DNA of 63,584 nucleotides, the filler included, from Licmophora abbreviata (Eukaryota): assembly GCA_900291995.1 (NCBI GenBank). It is 9 parts of 9 records of this genome, joined end to end, with 100 filler letters (N's around TTAATTAATTAA, not from the genome) between each part and the next. Parts side by side here need not be neighbours in the genome. Positions count along the whole stretch, not along the records: positions 1 to 14,133 come from OLMU01000320.1; positions 14,234 to 24,890 come from OLMU01000321.1; 7 more parts are not named here. One strand, given 5' to 3'. This document shows positions 12,037 to 21,936 of the stretch, one piece after another (the stretch's first letter is position 1; every line of letters begins with the position of its first letter). The translations under genes and the position numbers were made by a program. Below the pieces are notes generated by a model. The model saw only the letters and a list, made by a program, of their open reading frames with translations, was not told the origin of the DNA and ran no database searches.

Positions 12037-12948
12037 ATGACAAATTTGCTACGTATCCTGTTGCAAGCGCTGCTCCTCGCGCAAGTGATCTCTGCTACCA
12101 CCGTCAGCAGCGCCGTGAACCGTCCAAAACGCAGTAGTAAGTCTAGTATCCAACTGAAAGAGCAGACTGTCACGCAGCGTCTCTTGGCAGGAGGTACGAG
12201 TCGCGCTCTAGCCCAAATGACGCTGTATCCCATCGACGCTCTTCGTACGTTGGCCCAAACTCGTGATGGCAGGACCCTGGCCGACGTGGGAGCATCCGCC
12301 CTCGTGCGCGGCTGCGCCACGACAAGTGGCTTTGCACTCTTCATGGGTTCGATCCAGTTTGCGGTCTTTGGGGTTTGTCGGAGCTACCACGTGAATACGG
12401 TTCTCAGCAGTGCGTTGGGGGCAGCTGCGTCGTGTGTAGTAAGTGTCCCGCAAGAGTGTATCAAACAGAGGTTAGTGACTGGTGTCTATTCAAGCTTTCG
12501 TGAGGCTGTTGCCACCATTTACAAGTCCGAAGGAATACGAGGCTTCTATACAGCGTGGAGGCCTACAATGATGCGAAATGTGCCCTTTGTCATGACTACC
12601 TTCACAACAATGGAGCTGCTCCGACGGCAGAGAATGCAGCACAAGGGAGACGATGAACCTAGTCTCTTGGAAAACATGGCAATTGGCATGTCAAGTGCCC
12701 TCGTTGCGGGTGTCTTGACTCAACCTGTGGATGTAGTAAAGACGCGAATGATGACACAGGCCGCATCCACAGCGGTTCCTTACTCTTCAGCTCTCGATTG
12801 TTTGACCACAATACTCCGAACCGAAGGGGCTCTTACGCTCTATTCTGGCTTCAAGCAACGTTCGACATACATGTGTCTATTGTGGGGAACGACCTTTGCT
12901 CTCAATGGGTATTTTAGAACGCTTCAGACAAGAGAGACAATCGAATGA
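12037..12948 (+). CDS. Mitochondrial carrier family (SLC25) protein, SAM-carrier-like, with signal-peptide-like N-terminus
   Basis: Three PxD/ExxK/R signature repeats (YPIDALRT, VPQECIKQR, QPVDVVKTR); hydrophobic N-terminus LLRILLQALLLAQVISA. Confidence 0.85.
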   Translation: MTNLLRILLQALLLAQVISATTVSSAVNRPKRSSKSSIQLKEQTVTQRLLAGGTSRALAQMTLYPIDALRTLAQTRDGRTLADVGASALVRGCATTSGFALFMGSIQFAVFGVCRSYHVNTVLSSALGAAASCVVSVPQECIKQRLVTGVYSSFREAVATIYKSEGIRGFYTAWRPTMMRNVPFVMTTFTTMELLRRQRMQHKGDDEPSLLENMAIGMSSALVAGVLTQPVDVVKTRMMTQAASTAVPYSSALDCLTTILRTEGALTLYSGFKQRSTYMCLLWGTTFALNGYFRTLQTRETIE

Positions 12949-13290
12949 AGGAAAGTTTTGGTCGCGACAAAGGTACGACGTTTTGGCGCGTGTACCCATA
13001 TCGATGTGCCCGCAAGTTGCAGCGGTGGCGAGCCAATCTATTCTCCACGGCACGTCACCTCCAAAATTACTTTTTCCCTTGCAAGATGATCAAGTTCCCT
13101 GATCTGAACTGACTGCGCTCCGATCATGACGTAGCTGGTAAATTACAGAGGAAACATTCGCCAACCACAAGTTCGTACTAACGCATGAGTTGTTGTCCGT
13201 TCTCAGGTCACGACGGATCGACAATGCCGCATAGCTGTCTTAAGTGGAAAGCCTTCAGTCAGCACGCTAGAGTAGTGATAGGTAAAGAGA

Positions 13291-14314
13291 CTAAAGATAC
13301 TGTTTGATTGCCGCCCATGGATCGTTGTCATCCTTGTCGTCGTCGCTGTGTTTATCCTCCACTTGACGATCTTGCTCTTCTTGCGCTGCCTTCATATCCG
13401 CATCTCGATCTATCGATCCCAAGAGCGACACAATCTGCAGCGCACGATTCCTCGCCGACGGATGCTTCGCCGACACGACTCGATCAGCATAGGCTTCCAT
13501 ACAGGCATCCATGGACGACACATGCGTCGCAAAGTCTTTGGCCAAGACGTCCACCTCTCGGAAACCACGGTCTTCCACCAAGACACCGGACACCAAGGTT
13601 GCCTTGGTACGAATTGCCTGTTCGAATCGGTCCTTGTGATGGGACAAATGGTGTAAGAGCAAGGCATCGATTGCCACCGACAATGCCTCGGTATGTTCCG
13701 AGCCGCCATCACAGTCCGAGTTGGTGTCCTCCTTTTTGAGTAGACACCGCATGGAATCCAGTACCCAGCTGCCAGGATAGTCACTGGATTCCTTTAATCG
13801 TGCCACAGCCACAGGTCGTTCTTTGGAGAGCGACTCGGAACGAATCATGGGACTGCTGCTGCTAGTAGTAGTAGTACTACTAGTAGTAGTAGTAGTATCC
13901 AGATCGGTCGTGACACTGGTGGCCATCCTCATCGCATTGAGAAAGTCGTCCTTGATGAATACACTGGGCTTGTTGTGGTTAGATCGATAGACTGCGACCC
14001 AAGTCGAGGCTGTCTTGGATCCATCCTTTACTTGTTGTTCTTGTTGGATCAAAGAAGCATCAAATTGGCGAATGCAGTCCATGTTCGCGGGACAGTGATG
14101 CCGGAATCGATCAAACAGAGCAACGGTATTAGCNNNNNNNNNNNNNNNNNNNNNNNNNNNNNNNNNNNNNNNNNNNNTTAATTAATTAANNNNNNNNNNN
14201 NNNNNNNNNNNNNNNNNNNNNNNNNNNNNNNNNTGAAAATGCATGAGTTGTACAGTGTAGAAGTATCAGGCAAGCTACTAGGACTTGCAGTAATGTCGTT
14301 CTGAAGGTTGACAT
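13291..14314 (-). CDS. Plastid-targeted hypothetical protein spanning a scaffold gap
   Basis: ATG at 14314 gives MSTFRTTLLQVLVACLILLHCTTHA-FS (signal peptide followed by F) up to the gap. After the gap the frame is open (ANTVALFDRFRHHCPANMDCIRQFD...) to the stop at 13291. Confidence 0.65.
13855..13897. repeat. (AGT/ACT)n microsatellite encoding a poly-Thr/Ser tract
   Basis: gctagtagtagtagtactactagtagtagtagtagta; translates as TTTTTSSTTTTSSSS on the minus strand. Confidence 0.85.
14134..14233. other. Artificial scaffold spacer (44N-TTAATTAATTAA-44N)
   Basis: The same 100-bp spacer, with stops in all six frames, occurs eight times in the window. Confidence 0.97.
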
Positions 14315-14510
14315 GGTCACAATAACAACACAAGGAGGCTATGATCACCACATTCTGTGGGAGGTGCGCGATGGCACGATGCCGTGAGAGTGTGGCTCGT
14401 ATCATATGGGTTAGGGTTATGTCGCCCGCACGCATTCAGTCTGTGCATCGTCCGCTCGCAACTGTCTCGCCAGGACGAAAACGACGCGACGCGAAAACAC
14501 AAAATCGACC

Positions 14511-15455
14511 ATGACGGTCCCTTCCATGCTATGTCGGTCCTTTCGGTCCTCACGGAGGACTCTCAAACCTACCATCACTGTATCACCCTCTGTTCAGTTC
14601 TATTCCAACAGGGGTAATGACTCTGATTCAAAACAACAACAACAACAACAACAACAACAAGACGGCTCCAAGCTGCACGCCACCTTTGAGCAGCAAATGA
14701 AGGAATTGCAAGAGGAACGTGAGGCCATGTTTAGCTTTACAAAGGAAGACCGGGAAGCCTGGGCTACGAATAGTGACAGTCATACGCATTCCAACGACTT
14801 TCTGGCATCGCTGGAACAAGCGCGGAATAATACGGCACAACACGAGGACTACGACAGCTCGCCTCCTCATGATGATTCAGAACTCCAAACATCATCCCCA
14901 GCTGCAGCAATGGATGAGAACTCATTATCGTCCTCCTCCTTATTCACACATGTCACAACAGACGGCACATCGGTACGCATGGTCGATGTCGGGGACAAGG
15001 TGCCGACACATCGGATCGCCAAGGCTCGTACCAGAGTTGTATTTCCACCCGAAGTCATGGCAGCCTTCGATCGTTCCACCCAAAATCACGCACACGAAAT
15101 GATTGGCCCGAAAGGCCCGATCTTTGCTACTGCCAAGATTGCGGGAATCATGGCGGCAAAAAAGACAAGTGATCTTATTCCCTTGTGTCATCCGCTGCCG
15201 TTGGACAAGGTTCAGATGGATATTGTGCTCGACACGAATACGGCCATTGTGGAATGCGAATGCTGCGTGACGCACACGACGGGAGTCGAAATGGAGGCAA
15301 TGACGGGATGCAGCGTGGCTGCGCTCACCATTTATGACATGGTCAAGGCAGTGAGTCATCGTGTGTCTATAGAACAGACTGTATTGGTCCACAAGACGGG
15401 AGGAAAGCGAACGATATCAGAAGAAAAAGAGAACAGTGCGTCGTCTCATTCTTAA
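14511..15455 (+). CDS. moaC: Cyclic pyranopterin monophosphate synthase MoaC/CNX3 (MOCS1B) with mitochondrial-type presequence
   Basis: Motifs MVDVGDK, AKIAGIMAAKKTSDLIPLCHPL, TGVEMEA, LTIYDMVKAV, KTGGK; Arg/Ser-rich N-terminus and polyQ. Confidence 0.93.
   Translation: MTVPSMLCRSFRSSRRTLKPTITVSPSVQFYSNRGNDSDSKQQQQQQQQQDGSKLHATFEQQMKELQEEREAMFSFTKEDREAWATNSDSHTHSNDFLASLEQARNNTAQHEDYDSSPPHDDSELQTSSPAAAMDENSLSSSSLFTHVTTDGTSVRMVDVGDKVPTHRIAKARTRVVFPPEVMAAFDRSTQNHAHEMIGPKGPIFATAKIAGIMAAKKTSDLIPLCHPLPLDKVQMDIVLDTNTAIVECECCVTHTTGVEMEAMTGCSVAALTIYDMVKAVSHRVSIEQTVLVHKTGGKRTISEEKENSASSHS
14631..14660 (+). repeat. (CAA)n microsatellite encoding polyQ in MoaC
   Basis: aaacaacaacaacaacaacaacaacaacaa. 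Confidence 0.9.
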
Positions 15456-15460
15456 GCATA

Positions 15461-16777
15461 TCATGATAGTGACAAGTTATATCGAAGCAGTAGTAGCAGT
15501 ATGTTCGCTTCGTCGTCTGGAATGCCCGGCATGCACGGATGCGCGTCGGGCGGCTCGTGGATCCAAGGATTGTCAGCGCCAAACTGACATCCCAAATCAC
15601 GAATCTGCTGGTCTCTCAACGTATCCAACGCGTCAAAGGCACTCCACCGTGCATTGGGAAAGTCTGGTCGGTCCCATCCATGGTTGGCAACTTCCTCCTG
15701 ATCTTCATTCACAAACACAGTATCCACCTTTTCTCTATCACATCCCAACAGCGCCAATCGCTCCAGCAGTCGTTCAGCACTATAGCGCCAAGGGCGGAAC
15801 ACGTAGTAGATTCGTATTCGATCATCGTACTCCATCATGGCAACGTCATCATTGCACTTTTCAAATCCAGGTTCGGGCGGCTCGACGCCCTCGTGATAGT
15901 ACAAAGACAAGTCTGAAATGCCATAATCATGACATCCAGACCACCTTACATCCTCCGCATCATGTGGATCGTTCACGGGGTAAATTTCCTGAATCTCGCC
16001 AAACTGAAAGGGTCGTACCCAACCGGCTCTTGCAATGGAAGCCGTGGTACCTCCAATCTGAACATAGCCACGCGTGATTTGGTGTCTCCATTTGCAAGCA
16101 ATGGCTTGAAAGGTTTGTCGTAAATACGAAGTTCCAAAGAGCACAATTGTTCGTTCGTCGTCACTCGATTGTAAATGAGCAGGTCCACCCTGAGCAAGTT
16201 CGGAAACGCGACATGTCTTGGAGTCATCGCCGTCGTCCTGTTGCAAAATCCAAGTAAAATCGGAGGCGACCTTTCTGTGTTCGTCTTTACTATTCTCCGG
16301 TGAATGGGCACAATTGTAGCGTGGTTTCATGAGAAAACAAGATTGATGATCGTAGGGCGGAGGAATGTCTTTATTGTGCCGTACATATCGCCCTTGGGAT
16401 AGACTGAGAGTAAAGTCGTCCGTGTCCACGTAGTGCAAGCATTCGTCTGGGAGTGTGTCGAGCAACGACAGTGCGTCCATTCGGTCGAGAAAGCTCATAG
16501 TGTCACCATCCTGGTCTTCATTGTTTCGTATGTCTAATTCGACCAAGTCATGCAGGTAGTCGTCATCGGCGACTTGGTTGCTTCGGTCACCGCTGTCGAA
16601 TACGGATGATGATGATGTTGTTACGTGACCAGACGGCGGCCCCGCTAGGTCATTCACTAATCCCAACTCCTCCCGATACAATCCAAAAAAGGCAAAGAAG
16701 CCTACAGTGACTACCAAACAAGCAGAGCGGGTCAATTCATTGCCACGTCCACCCATCAGCAACCGCAGCGGCGCCAT
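15461..16777 (-). CDS. Type II membrane SGNH/TBL (PC-esterase)-like protein, putative polysaccharide O-acyltransferase or esterase
   Basis: N-terminal TM helix; LFGTSYLRQ (GDS-like motif); C-terminal DAHPCMPGIPD resembling the TBL motif DxxHWCLPGxPD. Confidence 0.6.
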   Translation of the reverse strand: MAPLRLLMGGRGNELTRSACLVVTVGFFAFFGLYREELGLVNDLAGPPSGHVTTSSSSVFDSGDRSNQVADDDYLHDLVELDIRNNEDQDGDTMSFLDRMDALSLLDTLPDECLHYVDTDDFTLSLSQGRYVRHNKDIPPPYDHQSCFLMKPRYNCAHSPENSKDEHRKVASDFTWILQQDDGDDSKTCRVSELAQGGPAHLQSSDDERTIVLFGTSYLRQTFQAIACKWRHQITRGYVQIGGTTASIARAGWVRPFQFGEIQEIYPVNDPHDAEDVRWSGCHDYGISDLSLYYHEGVEPPEPGFEKCNDDVAMMEYDDRIRIYYVFRPWRYSAERLLERLALLGCDREKVDTVFVNEDQEEVANHGWDRPDFPNARWSAFDALDTLRDQQIRDLGCQFGADNPWIHEPPDAHPCMPGIPDDEANILLLLLRYNLSLS

Positions 16778-17079
16778 GGTTGCGGTGCCTTTTTCTTATG
16801 CGTTGGGCTTTTGGGGGCCGTGCCTTTTTTCTCGCTCCGGCTCGTGACTCGGAAGCGCCGTGTTGAGTCCTGCGGGACTGGTATTCGTGACAGACATGGA
16901 TTTTGACGGACGGCTGACAGGTTGCGATGCTGTCGGCCGCGAAATTTGAAACGTTGCGCGCGCCCAAACTGAGAAAATCTTTCTTCGACTTTCTTCCACA
17001 CTGCTGTTGACCTTGTCGATACACCGATACAACGTGTTTCGTTACTTCTTCTTGTTGCCAACGTATTGCGCTCCAGATC

Positions 17080-19573
17080 ATGTCATCTCTTCGTCTCATA
17101 GCCCGGATTTCTGGACTGCGTGGGGCTTCCACAACTCTTGGAACTGCCCGTCGTGAGCTCTCGTCTCACGCCGCAAGCGCAAGCACCCTCACGCGACTCA
17201 CGGCGCACCACCACCGTTCGGCGTTGAGCTCGACGTACGCCATCCCCTTTTCCACGTCGACAACGGAATCAGAGGAAAAGTCTGAAAAAGAAGAGTCTCC
17301 TCCTCCATCACCCAAGGAAGAGAAGGAGAAAGAAAAGCTTGAATTCCAGGCCGAAACTCGTCAGCTTTTGGACATTGTCACGCACTCGCTCTACACGGAC
17401 AAGGAGGTCTTCCTCCGAGAACTCGTGTCGAACGCATCCGATGCCTTGGAAAAGCTTCGGCACCTTCAAGTGGCTCAAGGTAAAAAGATAGTTTCATCGG
17501 ACATGCCACTCGAAATCAAGATTGAGACGGATGAAGCGAAAGGCACCATTACTATTAGTGACAGTGGGATTGGATTGTCTCGAGAGGAAATGATTAGCAA
17601 TCTTGGAACGATTGCACGGTCAGGAAGTAAGGCGTTTGTCAGTCAATTGAATGATATTGCACAAGAAGGAACAGATACGGATCCGTCGCGTGGTATTATT
17701 GGAAAGTTTGGAGTTGGATTCTACTCGGCTTTCATGGTCGGAGAAAAGGTGGAAGTGAGGAGCAAGTCGGCCCTACAGGTGGAGGAGGACAAGGACACGG
17801 AAGAGCTTCTGTGGAGCAGTGAAGGCATCGGGACATATGAAATCTCTGACTTGGAGGAGGATGTTCGTCAAGATCGGGGGTCTTCCATTGTTATTCAGTT
17901 GAAACCCGAACACATCGACTTTAGTGACGAAAAGCGAGTCGAGACTGTCCTCAAGTTGTACTCCAACTTTATCAACTTTCCTATCTTCTTGAATGGCAAA
18001 CGTGTCAATACGATTGATGCTGTGTGGGCAAAGGATCCGAAAGAGGTTGACGATGATACGTACAGTTCGTTTTACAAGTATGTGGCCAACGCAGTGGACG
18101 AGCCGATGGACAAATTGCACTTTCGCGCCGATGCTCCAGTTGACATCAAGGCTCTCTTTTACATTCCCTCGTTTCACTCTGAAAAGTACGGTATGGGTCG
18201 AATGGAACCTGGTGTCTCGCTGTACTCACGCAAGGTATTGATCGAATCGAAGAGCCCCGACATCTTACCTGATTGGATGAGGTTCATCAAGGGAGTCGTC
18301 GACTCGGAGGACTTGCCTCTTAGCATCTCGAGGGAGCGAGCACAGGATAGCGGATTGATTGCCAAGCTGCGCAAGGCTCTCACGCGCAAGTTTATTTCGC
18401 ACATGACAAACATGGCCAAGTGAGTAGTCTTGTTTCGGAGGAATGGCTGTGATAGCTCGATTGATACTTTGGTCGAGCTGACGTTGTTTTCTCCTGTGTT
18501 TGAAACTCTGTCACCTCAGGAAAGACTCGGAACGTTACCTGACTGAGTTTTATAAGGAGTACCAGTTCTTTGTGAAGGAAGGCGTTTGTCAAGATTACGA
18601 TTTTCAAGAGCCATTGTCCAAGCTATTGTACTATGAGTCGTCCAAGAAGTTGGAGAACGAGCTTTCGTCGCTGGACGAGTATATTGCTCGTTGTCCTCCT
18701 GAACAAAAGGAGATTTACTTTCTTTGTGCCCCGACAAGAGGCCTGGCCATCGAAAGTCCATACTTGGAAGCGTTCGAAAAAGCTGGGCGTGAAGTTCTCT
18801 TTTTGTACGGCCCCGTCGATGATTTCGTCATGAATAACCTTGGGAAATTCTCCGGTCGTGATCTGGTGAGTGTCGACAAGAGCAACATTGACCTCGGAGA
18901 CTTGGGCAAGAAAGAAGACGAGAAGGAACAAAGCAGCACAGAGCGACTCACGGACGAACAAGCCAAGAAGTTTTGCGCTTGGTTTAAGGCGACATTAAAC
19001 GACAAGGTGTCTCAGGTGAAACAGACGGATCGATTGAGCTCATCGCCAGCGCTCGTGACGGATAACGAGTCGGGTGCGGTCCGCCGTATGATGAGACTCG
19101 TCAACAATCAGGAGGGCGGCAAAGAGGGCACACAGCTTCCCAAGCAACAGGTCGAAATCAATCCTGGTCATCCCGTTATTGTCGGAATCAACGCAATCCG
19201 AGAATCGGAGCCCACTCTTGCCAAGGTTTGCGCGGAGCAAGTCTTTGACAACTGCCTTGTGGCAGCGGGGCTACTCGACGACAGTCGCAGCATGCTTCCG
19301 AGACTGAACGATCTCCTCACGAGCGTCGTCAAAGGCGCCGCTACTACTGATGACAAGAGCGAAGGGGCAATGGACTCGCAAGTCAAAGAGGAATCCACTC
19401 CCGAAGCTCCTTCGGACATGGTGATGGAAGAATCGAAGGGTACGGATGAGAGTGAAGATGCAAACACCGTGGAGGCTCCATCCGAAACGGAGCCGGATTC
19501 TGAACCTGTGAAAGAGACGGCGGCGGACGAACCAGAGGCTTCCGACAACAGCAAAGAAAAGAAAGAGAAGTAG
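17080..19573 (+). CDS. TRAP1: Mitochondrial Hsp90 (TRAP1/Hsp75)
   Basis: join(17080..18419,18520..19573). Motifs FQAETRQLLDIV, FLRELVSNASDALEKLR, NLGTIARSGSKAF, IGKFGVGFYS, GVVDSEDLPLSISRE; mitochondrial presequence; no MEEVD. Confidence 0.92.
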
Positions 19574-19674
19574 GCGGCTCGTCAAAATTGAATATTTTTA
19601 GTTGGCACGAACACATTATTATACAAACCAAATACTAGCTAGTACAAGTATAGAGATACGAATCGAATACCCCT

Positions 19675-21513
19675 TCAACTCCTCGTCGAAATGAGTGTCG
19701 ACGTGCTGCCCTCGTTCCCACCACTGCTACTCGCCTTGTGGGCACTCGCATCGCTTCCCCGTCGACTGTGTCCCACATGAGAGCTACTACTAGGAGGAGT
19801 CGAGATATGCAGGGAAGCCCCAAAGGTTCGAAAATCCGCCAATTGGTCGGCCAGTGACGACGCCATGTCGTTAGTATCGTTCTTGTTGCCAGTCGCCGTT
19901 GGCGCTACTACCGATTGACTTTCAAAGAGCTGCAGTCGCGATGCGGTCGCACACTTGTGAGCCAAGGATGCTACGGCCGATTCTTCCATCACTCCGTCCT
20001 GTACTGCAAAGGGCATGTCATCCTGTGCATCCTCATCGTTGTCGTCTTCGTTGTAATGTGAAAGGGACGGCACCAACATGCTACTACCGTGCTTCATACT
20101 GCTGTGTTTCAATGCTTCACTTTCACTCATTAGAGATGACAAGATCGAACCACCCTTGAAGGGACTCGAGTGCAACAGATCCAATGAAGTGATTGGTGGA
20201 AGTATTGACGACTCGTCCACGCGAGAGTATTCCTGCTGTGCACGCTGTTGTGACGTCGAATGCGGCGACTGGGGCGGTGCTAGTTGAGGATCCGACAGCG
20301 CCGTAGGCAGACCCGCAAAAGGCGGAGTCTGCATCGTAGATCGAGGCGGGATGAGCGGTCCGGGAGCATGCGACCCTGCAAAGACGGGGGGTGTCGAACT
20401 CAAGGGCGGAGTCAATCCCATGGGACTGCTGCTCATGGCTGCTCCAACCAAGGAAGTAGGAGTCGTGGGAGTCAAGACTCGTACCGTCGGTGGAAGATGA
20501 TTGTACCCATATCCATATGTGTCTCCTTGTTGCGGGGTGGGCGGAGGATGATGCAGTGCCGTTCGACGGGTCGAGTTTTCCATGGCAAGGGACAATCCGC
20601 TGCGCTGCTGCGACGAGGAAGACGAGTCGTTGGGATTCATACTGTTGCAACGTTGCACCACTGGCCGAATCGTCTCCGGCTGTTGCTGTCGTTGTAAGAT
20701 TGCTTCTCTCTCTTCTTCTCCCACTAGACTATGTGATCGCGCCATGGGCTTTCGGGAAATTTGGTGATGGTGACTGCGCGGACGCAAGGTTGCAGCGTGC
20801 GCCATGATGTCATGGGCGGGAGCCGATTGTGCCTGATCGGGTACGGCAATGTAATCATTTCGTTGCGCTTTCACCATGGGAATGGGCCGAGAGACAGTTT
20901 TCCTTGTCCCCAAGAGTCGATTGACATTCGGTGCGTACCAGACTCTCCACTGCAGGGGGCCGTAGGGCGTGGGCACTGGCAAAAGACCTTCTTGGCGGAA
21001 CTGGGGCAAATCCTGCCACACTCCTTCAATGTCCATGCTGAAGTGGAGCTTCTGACGAGCGAGGAGCAATCGATGCGCCGGAAGCATACGTGCCATCGTA
21101 TAGAGCGATCGGAGCCAGACCACAATTTTCTTACAGACATGACGGAGCTGAACAAGCGGATCGGTACAGACACATTCCGAGGCAAAGTGCGTCGATGCTC
21201 CCGGCTCGTACTGAAGACACCACCGCTCCAGCAGTTCTCTCTTTTCATTGGCATGTTGATAATAAACATCCAAGCGCAAGGGAACATGTAATGACCGTCT
21301 CCACTGCTGTAAAATGGATCGGACCGACTCAATTTCGGCCACGTGAAGGTTGAAGCGCGAAGAGGAGGTACTGTTGGGGAGCGCGTCCGATCGTGCCTGG
21401 ACGATGATTTCCGCTGCTTTCGCGATCGCTTCGTATACCACTTGGTCACATTTGGCACGCGGACCGTCCGGGGGAGACGAAGACGACGACGACCGCCACG
21501 ACGAAGACGCCAT
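19675..21513 (-). CDS. ATG13: Autophagy-related protein 13 (HORMA domain plus disordered Ser/Pro tail)
   Basis: KAAEIIVQAR...RFNL...LLERW...KKIVVWLRSLYTMARMLPAHRL, followed by a long low-complexity region with DDMPFA. Confidence 0.82.
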   Translation of the reverse strand: MASSSWRSSSSSSPPDGPRAKCDQVVYEAIAKAAEIIVQARSDALPNSTSSSRFNLHVAEIESVRSILQQWRRSLHVPLRLDVYYQHANEKRELLERWCLQYEPGASTHFASECVCTDPLVQLRHVCKKIVVWLRSLYTMARMLPAHRLLLARQKLHFSMDIEGVWQDLPQFRQEGLLPVPTPYGPLQWRVWYAPNVNRLLGTRKTVSRPIPMVKAQRNDYIAVPDQAQSAPAHDIMAHAATLRPRSHHHQISRKPMARSHSLVGEEEREAILQRQQQPETIRPVVQRCNSMNPNDSSSSSQQRSGLSLAMENSTRRTALHHPPPTPQQGDTYGYGYNHLPPTVRVLTPTTPTSLVGAAMSSSPMGLTPPLSSTPPVFAGSHAPGPLIPPRSTMQTPPFAGLPTALSDPQLAPPQSPHSTSQQRAQQEYSRVDESSILPPITSLDLLHSSPFKGGSILSSLMSESEALKHSSMKHGSSMLVPSLSHYNEDDNDEDAQDDMPFAVQDGVMEESAVASLAHKCATASRLQLFESQSVVAPTATGNKNDTNDMASSLADQLADFRTFGASLHISTPPSSSSHVGHSRRGSDASAHKASSSGGNEGSTSTLISTRS

Positions 21514-21936
21514 GGTGATGGCGCTGTTGAATTTTGCTCTTCTGTCTCGTCACAACAAGCACTCTTCAGCTGCCTTCCCGTAGGTTCTACGCTGATCCAA
21601 TACTGACTTCAAGGAAATTATAACTTATGGACTTCAGGGAACTGAATACTGAATACGTATCATGACGGCGGAGCCTGGCCGTCTACCAGTTTTGAAAAGG
21701 TTGAACAGAAAAGTCATTTCATGCCAGCACCCAACAACAATCACATCATCAGCCATCATACCATGGCGATATGACGACGACGGTATTGTTATCCCAGACC
21801 GCATATGTCATTTTAGCATACACATTGGTCTTCTGGATCAGCCATTGACTTTTTGTGAATTTTATTTCCATCTTGAAGAAAAAACATCCGAATGCGGTAC
21901 CATCCTATTGACCGGCGGCGCCCCAAATTGTCAACG

